Part shown: positions 11,844 through 26,743 of the stretch, piece after piece
Numbering within the stretch: the first letter of the stretch is position 1
How the letters are laid out: every line of letters starts with the position of its first letter
Source: the human T2T-CHM13v2.0 reference genome, Homo sapiens
Assembly (NCBI RefSeq): GCF_009914755.1
Contig: NC_060930.1
DNA: 64,000 nt
Reading direction: 5' to 3' (one strand)
Translations under genes and position numbers: made by a program
The notes under the pieces: generated by a model
Seen by the model: the letters and a program-made list of their open reading frames with translations, nothing else
The model's database searches: none
What the model was told of the DNA's origin: nothing

Positions 11844-13869
11844 GTGCCCCCTCCATCCAAAGCTGGGGAGAGGGGCCTGATCAGAATTTGCTGACTTCAT
11901 TAACAGATCACGAATGTTTGAATGAGTGGATAAACCAGATATTGTTTTAAACAAAATCTGAATCAACTTAGAAATACTATCTTTCCTTTGGAAGATTCTT
12001 ATCCACATAAATGTTGCCTGCAGAAAAAAACCTTCTTTGTATTATTTTTCACACACGCAAAATCATGGTAGTGCCATTTTAAGGGTAAAAGTTGAGAAAA
12101 GGCATCATCACTACTGCAAATGACTTTTATGTGTGCAGAGTATTTCTCTTTACCCTCATCCTTTATCCAAGTCCAAAACCTCAGCTGTGTGTAGTGTTCC
12201 CAGTCACCTCCTAAGACTTCTGGTGCTGGGAGCAAGGCCCGAGCTCCTGCTGAATTACGGCCGGAAAAATCCACTCTCCTCAAGTTTTTGCCATGTTGTG
12301 GGCTGAAGGCTTCTCTGTTCCAGCATCGAGAAGGCCAGCACATCTCCCCTGGCGGCTTTAAAGCTTTTATAAAGTGGAAAATATTTTGCTTCCTTGGACT
12401 GTGCAAGCTATAGAGAGTGAAAGATGTTGCTCTTACATTTGGGTGCAGCATATTTATTTTTCTGCAAATGGTAATCTCTTAAATCAGTGTGAATTTAAAG
12501 AGTTTCAGTTTCTCCATTTAACAATGTCATAATAAAAATGTGTGTGTTTTTTAATTAATATTTTGAGTAAAGGGTCGTTCAACTTTATTATAATCATACA
12601 CATTTCTCTGCATTTCATTATCTTTCCCAAAATGTTACACGTTTTTAGTTTCAAATAAGAGGTAGAAAAAAATTAAGTTAATTTTTCTCCCTCCTGAGAA
12701 AGGAGAACTGAAAATAGCTAAGGAACTAAAACAAGGAATAGCTGCCACTTCCAGGTTTTCAGTTGCAGCCAGGGCTCACTTCTGCACACTCCCTTACAGC
12801 ACACGAAAAAATAAAAAACCTCTTACAGCCAGGACTGTCTGAACGTTGATGCTTTTAATTGCTATCTCAAGTAGTTCCATAACACGCCCAAAAATTGTTA
12901 ATAAGATGTTGGATTAGATGATTCTGACTAATGGCCTATTGAAATTCGGGCTTGAAAGGAGATTTTCATCATTTTTCATTGCTTTCCAAACAAAATAAAA
13001 CTTGGTAGAATGGCTAAAACTGTCCTAAAAGTCTTTATTTCAGCATGTTAGGTTTTGTTTTCTTTAATTTTCCCTTTGGCCATTAAAAGAATCATTTTGT
13101 TTTTTCAGGGGCTACTCCCATATTGGCTGAGCCCATCCAACATGAACGTTTGCAATGATAAAACTGGAAATGAAAGAGAATAAAGGCTAGGCACAGTAAT
13201 TCAGGTTTCGATTTTTTTTTTACTAATATTATTTTACTTTGAGGAGTACATTATTTTTTCAAGAGGTTTTATTTGATGAATGGTTCTTTGCAATTGCTTT
13301 GCCAGATGACAGCAAACTGATGTAGGGCTGGGATGGATTAAGGTGGGCGAGAAGGAAAATTCTGCTAAATATAGTTTTGCAAGAGACAAGCTTCAAAACC
13401 AGAATATATTTTCTAAGAAACTTTTGAACTAGGTTGAAATAATGAGTAGTAAAGAACTTAAAAATTTATATTTCCATCCAACCAATTTTATGACATTTTG
13501 CTCTAGGAGTATTTATTTTTATATCCCCAAATACTCTCTGGTAGGTGCATTAGGTCCAGGTCTATACATCCAAGGTGCATGAGCAATTTGCTAAGAAGAG
13601 CAGGCAGACAACATGGGTGATAACTCGGGCCCTAACGTGAGCGTTCTGACCTGAAGTAGCAAGTCTAGAGCCTCCTGCCGCTCACACCCCACACTGTTTA
13701 AGCTCCAGGTGACTCTGGCTTTCGCAAGGAGCTGGGATTTTATTCAAGGACTCTGAGCAGGGCTTGTCTTTCTTCTCCCACATGGAGAAATGGGCTTTTA
13801 ATAATTCACCTCTAAGCGTAACAATGTAGTTGGTTTTTATTCTTCTATTCTTTTAATTTTTTTTTTAGA

Positions 13870-14225
13870 TTTTGAAAATTGAGGTTAAATATACATAACT
13901 TAAAATTCACCACGATAATCATTTAAAGTACACAACTAAGCGCATTTAGGACACTCACAGTGTAGTGCGGCCTCAACACTCACTTGTTCTCAAACATTTC
14001 TGTCACCCTGAAGGAAACTCCACGGTCATTAAGTACTAACTCCTCCTTCCTCGCCTGTGGCAGACGCAAACCTGCTTCCTGTCTCTATGGATTTGCCTGT
14101 ATGGGATATTTCACAGAAATGTGGTCAGATCAGATGTGTTTCTGTGTGTCTGGCTTCTTTCACTTCCCACATCGCTTCTGAGGTGCTTCCATGTTGTGTC
14201 ATGTATCAGTACTTCACCTCTCTAT
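13870..14225 (-). mobile_element. L1MB-type 3' end
   Basis: ATTGAGGTTAAATATACATAAC...CTGTCTCTATGGATTTGCCTGT...GTGTCTGGCTTCTTTCACT. Confidence 0.8.
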
Positions 14226-14234
14226 TGTTTTCCA

Positions 14235-14520
14235 ATTATTGATTATGGTAAAATACACATAAAGTAAAATCTACCATCTTAACCATTTTTGAGTGCCCAG
14301 TTCAGTGGCATTAAGTACATTCATACTGCTGTGCAACCATCACCACCATTTATATCCAGAACTCTTTTCATCTTGTAAAACTGATACCCTGTCCCCATTA
14401 AATGCTAACTCCCTAACCCCCAGACCCAGCCCCTGGCACCCACCATTACACTCTCTGTCTCTATCATTTTCACTACTCTAGGGACCTCATAAAAGTGGAA
14501 TTACATAGTATTTGTCCTTT
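14235..14520 (-). mobile_element. Second L1MB-type 3' end (L1MB3-like)
   Basis: GGTAAAATACACATAAAG...CAGTTCAGTGGCATTAAGTACATTCATACTGCTGTGCAACCATCACCACC. Confidence 0.85.
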
Positions 14521-14874
14521 AATACAAACTAATAACCTGGTAAAATAATGGGCTGAAGACTTTAATAGCTGTTGTCTTCTACTCTTACTTTGCTAAGTGT
14601 TTGTATCAGAATGATTGCAGTTCACTGTATATCACTTTTATGTAAATAAAGTTGTTGAAAAAAATAATCGAAACTTGTGGGTTGTAGCTCAACAGTGCCA
14701 AGACAGAAATTTATATGTTTTTTACAATACCTATAGATGTATACACACACACACAGGAGGTAGAAAAAGTTGAAAAATAATTATCTACCCTTCTACATCA
14801 AGAAGCTAAAAAAGAAACAACAAATTAAACTGGGAAAAAAGAGACAATCATAAAATAAAGAGCAGAAGTCAATA

Positions 14875-15527
14875 TGTTATCAGCAGCGAGCCCAGGTGGG
14901 GTCCATGGTCCTCGATTCTTGTCTTCTTGGAAGAAAGAATTCAGCCAAGAGACAGAAGTAGATTTAAGGCGGAAGTGAAGGTTTATGGAAGTAAAGGAAG
15001 TACACTCGGCAGAACCAAGCAGGCACTCGAAAGATTGAGGGTCCCACAGGACCTTTGGCTTGGGGCTCTCATAGATTTGCTATTTCCTGTTTTTTTCTGG
15101 TCTCTTCCCCTTGTCTTTTCCCTTGGGTGGGCTGTTGGCTAATCCCCACATGCGCAGTGACTTGCCAGCATTTGGGAGGGGCCACATGTGTCCTTTGGTG
15201 GTTGAAGTTATGTGCATGTTGTCTTAGGGAAATTTTCCCTTCCTGGTCTAGCTCCCCCAGAGGAAGGTCATATACTGTTCAGACTTCGCCATTTCACCCC
15301 TTTCTGCGCATGCCTGGACATATTTTAAGTTCTCAGTGGGAAGCTGTTGCCCACAAGCTCAAGATGTTTCCTGTTTGTTGGGAAATATTTCATTCCCTGG
15401 CACCAGCCATGACCACCTATCATTCCTGAAGAAGCTGCCTGACAATTGCTATGACAGTTGCCTGGCTAGACATTCCCTGGGGCCCTGGTCCTGCCCTTCC
15501 CTCTCTGCCTGTCCACCCTCTCTAGCA
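14875..15527 (-). mobile_element. MER50-family solo LTR (ERV1)
   Basis: TG...CA termini; internal AGAGGAAGGTCATATAC, GCGCATGC and TTGGGAGGGGCC motifs of MER50; flanks AATA/AATG form an imperfect 4-bp target-site duplication (TSD). Confidence 0.8.
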
Positions 15528-16958
15528 AATGCACTATGAAAGGTATTTAGTGTCTGCACTGGCCTGCTATCTATTAACTACATGAGGGTCTGTCTGACCT
15601 GAGAGGCCTCCTGGGCCTGCATGTCCCATGGATAGAGGCTGGCACTGCTTCTTTTCAGACTGAGGATGCTTTTACCACCCCAGCAAGGAACATTATCTGG
15701 ACTCACAGACTTAGCCACTAGTTTCCGGATGTTTAAGCTGAAGTCCAATAAAGAAAATAAATGCAGGATTCTAGAGATTGGGCAAACTTATAATTAAATC
15801 AAATGTTTTAATGACCTGGTAAGTCATGGTACATCAAAGTCAGTAAACAGAATGTGGTAGCTCAAAATCAAGAAGAGGAAAGATTGGATTAGTAAACCCT
15901 GTCTTTAGAACAGGGTAAATGTATCTTAAGTAAAATCACAAATGTTGACCAAAAAAGTATGACTCTTTAAAAAAGGGAGGTTTTCTGCTTTTTCTGGAAG
16001 TGTCCGTAAATGTCTCAATTGCTCTGCTCATCTTCATTACATGCTGTGCCTCCCCAGTGCCCAGGATTCAGTCTCCCCAGTTATTCTCAAATTATCAAAA
16101 AGGGCCCCTTGAAAAGGGGCTGATTCTAAGTTTTGTGCAAGAGAATGCAAGATGATCATGAAAGCTCTGTTGTTGTTTTCTTTTTTTCAGTTAGGGTTGT
16201 GGGACACATTCAAAGAAGTCTGGAGATGCTGATGAAAGGATTATCTCGTAGAAGCCCCAAATGACTTGAGAGAAACAAATGATTACCCCTAATTAAAAGC
16301 AGTTTGTGAAAAGGCCTGAATTCCTGGGCTTAAGAGGGGCAAGCAGTAGAAAGTGTGCTGGAGAAATACTCCATGGTCAAATAAATCAAAGGATGAATGC
16401 TCAGTTACAGAAAACATAATAAATGACAAATTGCTGGATACATGACCAAGCTTCGGATGTGGATTTCCAAGAACGAGACTTGTTATTATGATCCTTGGAC
16501 CTAACAGACCCAGATAAGAGAAGTCTGAAAAGTGCCTTTCTGAACTACTGGGAACCTGGAAGCAGATGTCTACTCAGCTGCCCTGTGGCTCTGGCTCTGA
16601 TTCCTGGTCCCAGTGAAGACCCAGCTTTGCGAATGCTGGTTGGGCTCAGGAGCAGAAAAGCTGGTGCCAGCAATGTTCCCATGCATGGAAGCCCCTGAAG
16701 GCTGTGGCGGGTTCATCAGAGTGGGGAGGTGACCCTCACGGAACACAGAAATGCATTCTCCCGGGGCTTGAGGACCCCACCTCGTGTGGCCTGTCCATAC
16801 CAGCGGTGCTGCCCTGCCAGCCATGGCAGAGCCGAGGGGAGCTTTGCTGATCCTCCCTGCCCCAGTCCCTGCCTTATGTGGTGATCCCACTTCCCAAGAG
16901 CCTCCGCATTGTTAGATACAACAGGGAAGTTAGTCTTATGTTGGAAGGTTGTTCTGGC

Positions 16959-17262
16959 GTGAGCTCTTCCCATAGATGAGGAGCTGCTTGAAGTCCCCAC
17001 TGTGTGCTCTTCTATAGAGAAGGAACCACCTGAAGTCTCTAGCACGTGCCCTTCCCACAGAGGAGGAACCCCCAGGAGTCCCCAGTGTGAGCTCTTCCCA
17101 CAGAGGAACCACCTGGAGTCCTTGACATATGTTCTTCCCATAGATGAGGAACTGCCTGGAGTCCCCAGTGTGAGCTCTTCCTATAGATGAGGAATCGCCT
17201 GGAGTCCCTGGTGTGAGCTCTTCCCAGAGATGAGGAACCCCCGGAGTCCCCGGTGTGAGCTC
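16959..17262. repeat. Degenerate minisatellite, ~7 x 43 bp (GTGAGCTCTTCCCATAGATGAGGAACYGCCTGGAGTCCCCAGT)
   Basis: Directly visible diverged tandem units. Confidence 0.92.
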
Positions 17263-18830
17263 ATGGCCAGTTGCCACACAGCATCCATGAGGACTGTTGT
17301 GCAGTCGGATGGGGAGTCTCAGAACCTAAAAGGACAGGGGAACCCTTACATGATTATATAAGACAGGCTTTCTACACAAGTTGGGAAAATAGAACTTTTT
17401 CTGTATGACAGGGTCTGAAACAACAGCCAGCCTTAGGATAAATGGGCACAGACTAGGTTGTCAAAGGCTTAACATTTGGATCAGAACCAGGGCTTAGGTA
17501 GGGGTAGCGACTGTCCAATCATGTTTCATGTAGGCTGGTTCTGAGTGTTATTAAGACATTCCATGAAAACAACTGACCCATGGCCAACATGTGCAGAAGA
17601 TGCTGGTTCAGTAACCACCATAAAAATGTATGAGTCTGTTTGCTCTGAGATTTCTCAGTGTTTTACCATGATACTCTGCACTGAACATGCTCCTTCTATT
17701 GGCACCTCTTAAGGGACTGGTGTCCTGGGGCACACAGAGCCCCAGTCCCCCATACATTTGGTCTCCTCTTCCCCCCACCTGGGGCAAGAGGGCTTCTCTG
17801 CAATGGCCTTGTCTTGTCCCTTTGGGGTTGCCGGGTTACTCTCCATCAGGTGCACGGAGGCCGTGCTGTGGGAGAGGAGTGTCCACGATGCAGAACCCCT
17901 GATGATGAGATTTCTTCTCACTCGCTGTCAGATGTGGATCTCACCTCCAATCAGATCATAACCTAGGACTGATTTTATGAGACTCCCACAAAGATGTCTC
18001 TAGGAACACATTGGCCTAACCTAAAATGCAAAGCACACTGCCATTGCTGGGGCTCATCTCCTGTTACACAGATGACCAGGGAGAGCCTCTCAAAGGTGAG
18101 AGCCGACACATGCAGCACCCACCAGCCTATTCAGAAAGGTAAGTACAAAGTCTTTTGGCAAATGTTGAATGTCAATGTTCCTAAGGAGAGTAAAGCTGGG
18201 ACCAGGCAAACAGCACAGGCTGCATGGTCCTGGGTCTGGGGGAGCAGAAGCTGTGAGATGGAGTCAAATGGGGCAAAGAGCCAGATGCAAAGGTGAGTGA
18301 TGCAAGCAGGGTTAGCCATCACCCGAGTGTGGAATGCAGCCTGGGGGCAAATTTTCACAGGGTCTCTGCTGGCTCACATGATTTCCTGGGCTTGCATTTC
18401 TCACGCTGAGCAGCTGAGCAGGTGCACTGGCCGACCATGGAGAGAAGCACTGCAATCACACTTCAGACAAGGGAGAAAGCAGCAAAGCTCCACCCCACTA
18501 ACAACCATAAGAATCTTCCTTTTAGGAATTTTGAATTCTCCAAATGTGGGCCAGGCTGCTAACTAAACGTAAATGGTACTGGACAAGGTTAAATCATGAA
18601 GTCAAAAATAGACACACAACATTATGCACTTGAGTTCTACGTTTTAAGATGGGCTTTGGCGTTTCATAATCCAAGGTGATTTCCAGCCCCAGGTTATGTA
18701 TTAAACATATGGCATATTGTGGTTTACAAAGCACTTTCCTATGATTATCTATTTAGAGCTTCACAACAACCATGTAAAGAAAGGAAATAAGTATTCCAGA
18801 GTCCTATAGGAGACCACTGTGCCAAATAAA

Positions 18831-19109
<279 letters not shown>

Positions 19110-19249
19110 CTACAGCATAATTAGAGCATGTTAACAAATGTCAATTAGGACACTTCTACTTTTGGCCACAAAGTAACAGCTTTTATCGAAACATCAGCTT
19201 AATTCTCCAACCCTACTGCCATGAACAACTCTAAAAGCCAAAGAGGATG

Positions 19250-22200
19250 CATACACAGAAACAATGACAACATAAAGCAAGCTTTTGAAGGCACCCAAGG
19301 GCAGCTGAGTTAGGTAGGAACTGAGGGACCAAAAGCCACAAAAGAAGAGAAGTAGACTCAGGTGAGCATCACTTTTGCTTTTGCTTTTTCCCTCAGGACG
19401 TTTATAAATTGAAACCTAGAGAAAAGAGGCCAAACAGAAAGTAGTGGCCAGACGCTTTGGTACTCTGGCTGGTTTGGGAGGATCCAAGTTAAAGTTTAAG
19501 GATAAAAAGGAGGTCAGGACTTGAGTGGGAAAAGAGAAATGCAGAGGTTTATGCTCAAAATTCTGGGTCTACCTTTTCCCTGGGGCATTTCTTGGGTTCT
19601 AAGCTGTGCATGAAAGACTTCTAGAAACCAGCATGGAACAGGAACTGGAAGGATAAAGTAGAAGCTGCTGTGCAGTGCTAGGGAAACAGAAGTTAGAGTT
19701 CAAGGCTTGACAAAGAGGAGAGGACTTGCCAAACACCTTGGGGTTTCAGTTGAGTTTCCAAAAGAACTATGCCCCAGAAATAAGGACAATTTGGAAATAG
19801 CCCAGTGTTTGCAAAACCTAAAACTGGATAAAACTGGATCAAAATGATTTGCCAATATTCTATCTATTTGCAAGAAGAAAATTAAATCTTTCATAGATAA
19901 AGATGAAAAATGCCAGGATGTCTATACTAGTCACACTAATGTCAAGCATTCAATTAAAAACTACCATCCATGCCAAAAAGCAGGACTGAAACAACTGAAA
20001 ACCAAGAAGAAAAGCCAGATAATACAAATAGACCTACAAGTGACCTTAGCTGGGGACTTTAATAAAAGTTTAATTAGTATATCCAAGAAAATATAGAGAA
20101 TTTGATTAAAGAACTGCAATCGATAATTATTCTAATTAAAAATTGAGTAGCTAAAATTTAACGTCAGTAGGGGGGTTTAATAGCAGTCAGACATAGTTAA
20201 AAAAGTGGAGTACTGGAAGATCAATCATTGGAAAATATTCTATCTAGCATCAAGAAAAAAATATAAAATTTTTAAAAGGCAAAAGGACATTTGCAGCAGT
20301 ATGAAAAATTAAACATTTGTATAAATTGATTCCAGAAACAGAGGAGGAAGGGAGGGAGGGTGAAATAGGGGAGTGGGAAGAGAGAGAGAAAATATGAATA
20401 TGAATGCATTAGAAGCAGAATTAGACAAGAGACACTGACTGAGATTTTCCCTAAAACAATAACAACAAAAGGCATGAAACCACAGATTAAGGCTCAAACG
20501 ATCTCAAGCAGGGCAGGTAGGAAGAAAGCCTCACCAAGTTACATCATAGGAAAGCCACTGAAACCCAAAGATGAAGAGAAAATCTTAAAAGCAGGCAGCC
20601 AGAAAAAAAGATATATTCTCTTCAAAGCAACTATAATAAGACCGACAGCTGATGTTTCCGAGGGAAACCATGGCAGACAGAAGAAAATGGAAAGAATGTT
20701 GAAAGAGCGAAATGAAAACAACTGCCAATCTAGAATTCCATGTCCCATAAAAATGTCCTTAAAAAATGCTTTAGGAAAAATAAAAGCTGATAGAATTTAT
20801 CACCAACAGATCTACATTAAGAGAAATACACAAAGGGATTTCCTAGCATGAAAGAAAATCATCTGAAAAGGAGGAAAAAAATTAAAGAGAAATAAAAAGC
20901 ACTAGAAGAGTTAAACATGTTGGTAATTCTAAATTAATATTCAAAACAAAAATAATATTATTATTCAGAGTTTGAAATATATGTAGAATTAAAATATATG
21001 TAAACAATTGCACAAAAGATGGTGGGAGTAGTGAATGAAGTTAATTTGCTAAGATTTTGCATAGTCCTGGGCATGGTAACAGTACTTAAGGATGCATATT
21101 GCAATGTCTAGAGTAACTACCTAAAGAATAACAAAAATATATATAATCATCCAGTTAATACAGGGTAAGTTGAATAATTAAAGATACTTGATTAATTTGA
21201 AAGAAAGAGAGAAAGGAGGAATAATTAAAACAAATTGTTTTATATGCAATTAGAACTAGTCATCTGATTACAAGGTGAAAATTTTCAGATTTATAAGAAA
21301 GAAAAACTTAATATATGCTGTTTACAAAAGATGCAGCTTACAATCAGAACAAAGAATATTTGAAAATGAAGAGATGGATAAAAGATATTCCATGCAGATA
21401 CTAGCTAAAAAAAAGCTTAGGCACCTATATTAACATTTGATAAAATAAACTTTAAGGCAAACGTATCATTAGAGATAAAGATGTTTCATAAATATTAAAA
21501 AGGTTCAATTCAGTACAAAGATATATCAATCCTAAATTTTTATGCACCCAATAACTCAAAGTACTTGAAGCAAGAATTATCAGAAATAAACAAAGTAAAA
21601 AACAATCCTTAAACCGCAGTAGATTTTAAGATACCTCTGTCAGTAACCATTTGAACAATTTGCATAACAAACTTGACCTACTTGGCATGTGTAGAGACCT
21701 ATCCCTAAACACTTCAGAGCACACATTCCTTTCACATGCACATGGAGTACAGAATGTTCTCCGAACGCAGTGGAATTAAACTCAAAATTGAAAACAGAAA
21801 GAAAACTGAAAAATTATCAGATATTTTATAATAAAGTAATAATAGTAGATTCTTATAACCCAAATAAAAATTAGAATAGCTAAGGAAAACAGGACATCTC
21901 AACACAGGTGGTGCGCAGTTAGAACTGCACTTAGAGGAAAATTTCTAACCTTAAATGAATGCATTAAAAAAGTGGAAAGCTAAAAAATCAAGGATCTAAG
22001 CTTATATCTTAAGAAATTAAACCAAGACAAAATTAAACCAATATAAAATTAAACTAAAACAAAATAGAAGCAACAAAATCATCAATATATGTGCAGGTAA
22101 TAGAGATGAATTAACAACACCAAAGTATACAAATCATGTATTTCGATATTCTAGGGCACAAAAGTGTATGTTTCTACATACTAGCAACAACCAATTAGGC

Positions 22201-22910
22201 CCCATAATGTGATGCTGCTGTAAACCAATTCCAGGTGGCTAAAATTTCTTTTAAAATACCTGAAAACTAACAATATCAGTTGTTCATAAGGATGTGAGAC
22301 AGCTGAAACTTGCATACTCTACTCCTGGGAATGTAAGTTGATCCTAGGAAAATGTTTTGCAGTATCTACTAAAACTATACAGATCATAACCCATGACTTA
22401 GAAATTTCACTTCTAGATATGTGCCCCAAATAATATAAATACATGTTCATCAACACACATGCAAGCATGTTCATAGAAACTATTCATGACAGTCTATGAC
22501 TGGAAACCACTCAAATATCCAACATACTTAGACAAATCAGTTCGATGTGTAAATAGAATGTATTGCACAATAAAAAAGAAGAAAGACCTGCTTCATGTAA
22601 CAACATAGAAGACTCTCACAGACATAATGGTGAATAAAATAAGTCACAAGATACTAACTATGGTATTGTTACATTTATAATAAGTAAAAGTGGGCAAAAC
22701 AAATCTATTATCATAAGGATCAGAATAATGGTTTCTCTCATAGGGAATAAGTAGATTATTACTAAGACAGGGCAGGAAGCAGGCTTCTGGGGAATTGGTA
22801 ATGTTTTGTACCTTGAACCGCTGGATCTATGGTAACCATATTTGCAAAACTTTATCAAGCCACAGAATGTGCACTAAATATTAGTATATTTTACTATTTA
22901 ATTAAAAAAG
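19250..22910 (+). mobile_element. Ancient L1 (L1ME/MD-like) with ORF1, endonuclease-region and 3' end remnants, internally deleted
   Basis: ORF 20474..20851 is an L1 ORF1p remnant (YIIGKPLKPKDEEKILKA...IRPTADVS...NCQSRI); endonuclease-like segment ~21250-21600; L1ME-type 3' UTR 22250-22910; 5' boundary approximate. Confidence 0.8.
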
Positions 22911-22919
22911 CAAAATGAA

Positions 22920-23620
22920 ACAAATATCTGATCATTTCACTCCCCCATTTAAAACTATTTAACAGCTTCTGTTTTAAAAATTTACGGTAAAATTCAGATT
23001 GTTTGTGTCAGCTGACAAGGCCCTAGGTCGCCTGGTCCACGAGTCATTCTCCAAGCTCATCTCACACCACACTCCCTCTTCCCTCACCATACTCCCTCTT
23101 CCCTCACCACACCCCAGCCTGAGGTCTGCTCCACCACAAACCCTGGATTCCCACTTTTCCTTTTTTCTGAAGTGTTCTTCTCAGCTTGTCTCACGTGCCC
23201 AACTCTGCTCTCTGGGTCTCAGCTCAAGTGGTATCTCACCACAAAGACCTTCCCTGGCCACTGTGTCTAAATGGCCTTCTGCTGTGTTCCTCACTGGTCA
23301 GGGCCCCAGGGCAGCAGGGCCTCTGGCACCTTCACTGTTGGGTGCCCAACATCTGCTAGTGCCTGCCACATGGAAGGAACACGTGGGTATTTGCTGAAGG
23401 CATGAACCATTCTGATTCACTCTCATATGTCCTTTAGTCCAATTTCCAGTGATCTTTGTTTGCAACAGAGACTTTCGTCTCTCTTCTCCCTCTAGGATGA
23501 AGGCTCTGTTGGTGCAGGAATCGTGTTTGTTTTCCCAATTTCTGTGTCTCGTTAGGGAGAGCAATGCACATTCTGCTGAATAAATATTTTGAATGAAAGA
23601 ACGAATGCATGAGTGAATAA
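22920..23620 (+). mobile_element. L2 3' region
   Basis: ATCTGATCATTTCACTCCCCCATTTAAAAC...CAAGGCCCT... ending AATAAATATTTTGAATGAAAGAACGAATGCATGAGTGAAT. Confidence 0.7.
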
Positions 23621-24964
23621 TTTGGTGGCCATGGTAAGGAAGTAAAAATTAAATGTTTTAACCAAGACTATATTAATCTGAGTTTTCCCCCTAAACTTGA
23701 GACTTATAGCTGCCTCTCTGTGCTACGATAAATGCTAAGAGCATGCAAAGACCGAAGTCACAGGGCCTGCCCTGCACAAGCGTGAGGTTCAGAGACAGAC
23801 AGAAGTGGGGAGGCCTGACTACAGTTTAGCTGCCTCACCAGACACCATGGGAACATGGCGTGGGGTGGAAAGGTTTCTTGAGAAAGTCTTGAGTCCTCAG
23901 AATATCCCATCATGAACAAAATGAGCCAAGATGCTTCACACAGGAATTTCCATGGTGGTGGGGACAAACCCAGTACTGACGTCCCAAGTCCCTAACTTTT
24001 ACTTTCCGAATATAGTGTATAAGATAAAATCCAAGAGGACAAACTAGCCCAATTTATACAGAAAGGCTTTGTGAAGTGAAAGATGTAAGTAAAGCTAAGA
24101 GAATAAGTAAATAACCACCAGGTGTATTTTATGCCTTTGCTGATAATTAATAATTAGCTGACTTAAATGTGAACCTGATCTTCTTCAAACACTGAAAAAC
24201 AACTTGAGTTATACCCCATGAAAAGGTTCTGAGTAGTATTTATTTAATTAAAAATTGTAAAATCAGCCTTTAGAAAGTTTGTATGTTTATTTTATTACAT
24301 CCCTGAGGCACAGCTCTTGGGATAGAAAAAGGATGGGGAGTAGCTGTGGGTTTTGAAACACTCTATTTCATCCTGGGCCTTTTCATTTTAGTTTTTTTTT
24401 GAGAGAGGGTCTCACTCTTTTACCCAGGCAGGAATGCAGTGGCATATTCAAGACTGTTGGAAGAAAACATGGCACATACAATTTCCTATCAGTAGTTTGC
24501 TAGGAGAAAATGTCAGTTGTTTAGAAAATACAAAATAATTTAACATTGAACAAACGGCTGATGCTACCATCAGCTGTATAATTAGTAGGGTCCTCAAAAA
24601 CAGCTACTGGACACAGTTTCATGCTTAGAATGCACATAAGACAGTGATAACACGAAATCACACAGTAATATCACAGACGTGTTAAACCTTCAAGGATTGT
24701 TGAAATAGCACCAAGAATGTTCACTGAACTGACCTTAGTTTCTAAGGTTTATGCAATCATTTGAATTTTACTAGCCCTATCAATAGTTAAGAAACAAATT
24801 CAAAAATGGATTCTACCACTTCACAAGCAAACTTGCAATTTATAAATCCTGGAAATACAAGAAACTAACCAGTTGTAAAACCAGAGGATAATTTGGGATG
24901 AAACGAGGTCATTGGCCCATAGGGATTGTTTCCTCCAATGGAGCCTCATAATTCGTAAATCTGA

Positions 24965-25485
<521 letters not shown>

Positions 25486-26407
25486 GAGATTGTGTTTTCT
25501 TACGAAAACAAGGATCTTTCCCAAGTCTCCCACCTGCTGTGGAATTCCACCCAGTGCGTGTCTAGTCATCTCTTGCATTTCATGTGCATAACATTTCACT
25601 TTAGTCAACAGTCATTTGTCTGGAGGCTGCTGGAGTCGTTCTCACAAGACCTCCACCTGTGGGATGGGTGCGGCAAGCCAGAATCCACCTACCATTTGCC
25701 ACTTCACCATTCAACAACTAGTCAAAGTTGCATTCCAAACACAATAACCAAGGAAACCAGGCAGGAAAAGGCACCCGAGGGAGAGAAAGGAAAGGGCTGG
25801 GAAGAGGACATCCCACCGAGGGCCTCCGAAGGTGAGTGCAGGCTGCTTTTTAACGCCTGCTCCACATTCCTCCTTCTCTGGGGGAAGTATATTTTGTGAA
25901 TTTCCTCAGCAGAAGTCAACACAGCACCTATGCACAACCTGTGGTGGCTCCTGGAGGCTGAACATGGCAGCGTCTCCTCCCTCTGAACCTCCCACTCCAT
26001 CAGGGCCCCTTTGATCTTTCGCCATCCTCCAAACCCTCCCTCATTGTCTACCTGAACTCATTGACCAGTTATGAGTTCTCAGTGATTTTTCTACTTAGCT
26101 TTTTTTAATATGTGCCCACCGGGGACTCTCATAAACGCCTCCCCTCCTGCCATGGGTACCCATCTGATCTCGGATCTCTCTGTAAGCTTTGTTCACTCAC
26201 AGTTGCTTCTCAGTAACAATGAGAAACGGCTTGTCCCACCTTTGTGTCCGGTCATACTCTCTGGTCACCTGGACTTTGGCAGTGTGTGAAGCCTGCTTGG
26301 CCTTTAGTGCCCCGATCGCCCCGGTGGCCTGCGGAGCGTCTGCTGACGGCTTCCCAGCGGTGTTCAGGACACACAGGGTGTGGAGACACGGCGGCAGTTT
26401 GTTCTCC

Positions 26408-26426
26408 TGACCACCAGGTGGCTGTC
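26408..26426 (+). promoter_or_regulatory. CTCF-like motif TGACCACCAGGTGGCTGTC
   Basis: Close match to the CTCF core CCACCAG(G/A)(G/T)GGC; motif only, binding unknown. Confidence 0.4.
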
Positions 26427-26743
26427 ACTTATATCTCCCTAGGAACAAAGAAGTGACCAAGCATTAGAGAAAGCTTTTCTTTTCTAAAGATGATATTGCC
26501 AAGGTCTGAGCTAAAATCAATTATCCAGGACATGCTTGACCCGTGAATGTTTCGCTTAGTGTTTCTCTAACTAGAACAGGCAGCTCAGACACATCATCAA
26601 TTCAGAGGAATTCATCCTCCTCCAAGAGAGGCTGAAATATTAGTTGTGTTTGCAGTTCCTTCCCTGGATAAGAAAATAAATTTAGATAGAAGATGACAGC
26701 ATTTCCTGAGACTCAACGGTTTCTCATTCACACAGAAGCCAGG

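Noticed and set aside
11999-12451. 150-aa minus-strand ORF in unique sequence
   Set aside because: No recognisable domain, codon pattern or convincing splice boundaries; length compatible with chance
20474-20851. 125-aa Lys-rich ORF as a host gene
   Set aside because: Decayed L1 ORF1p remnant
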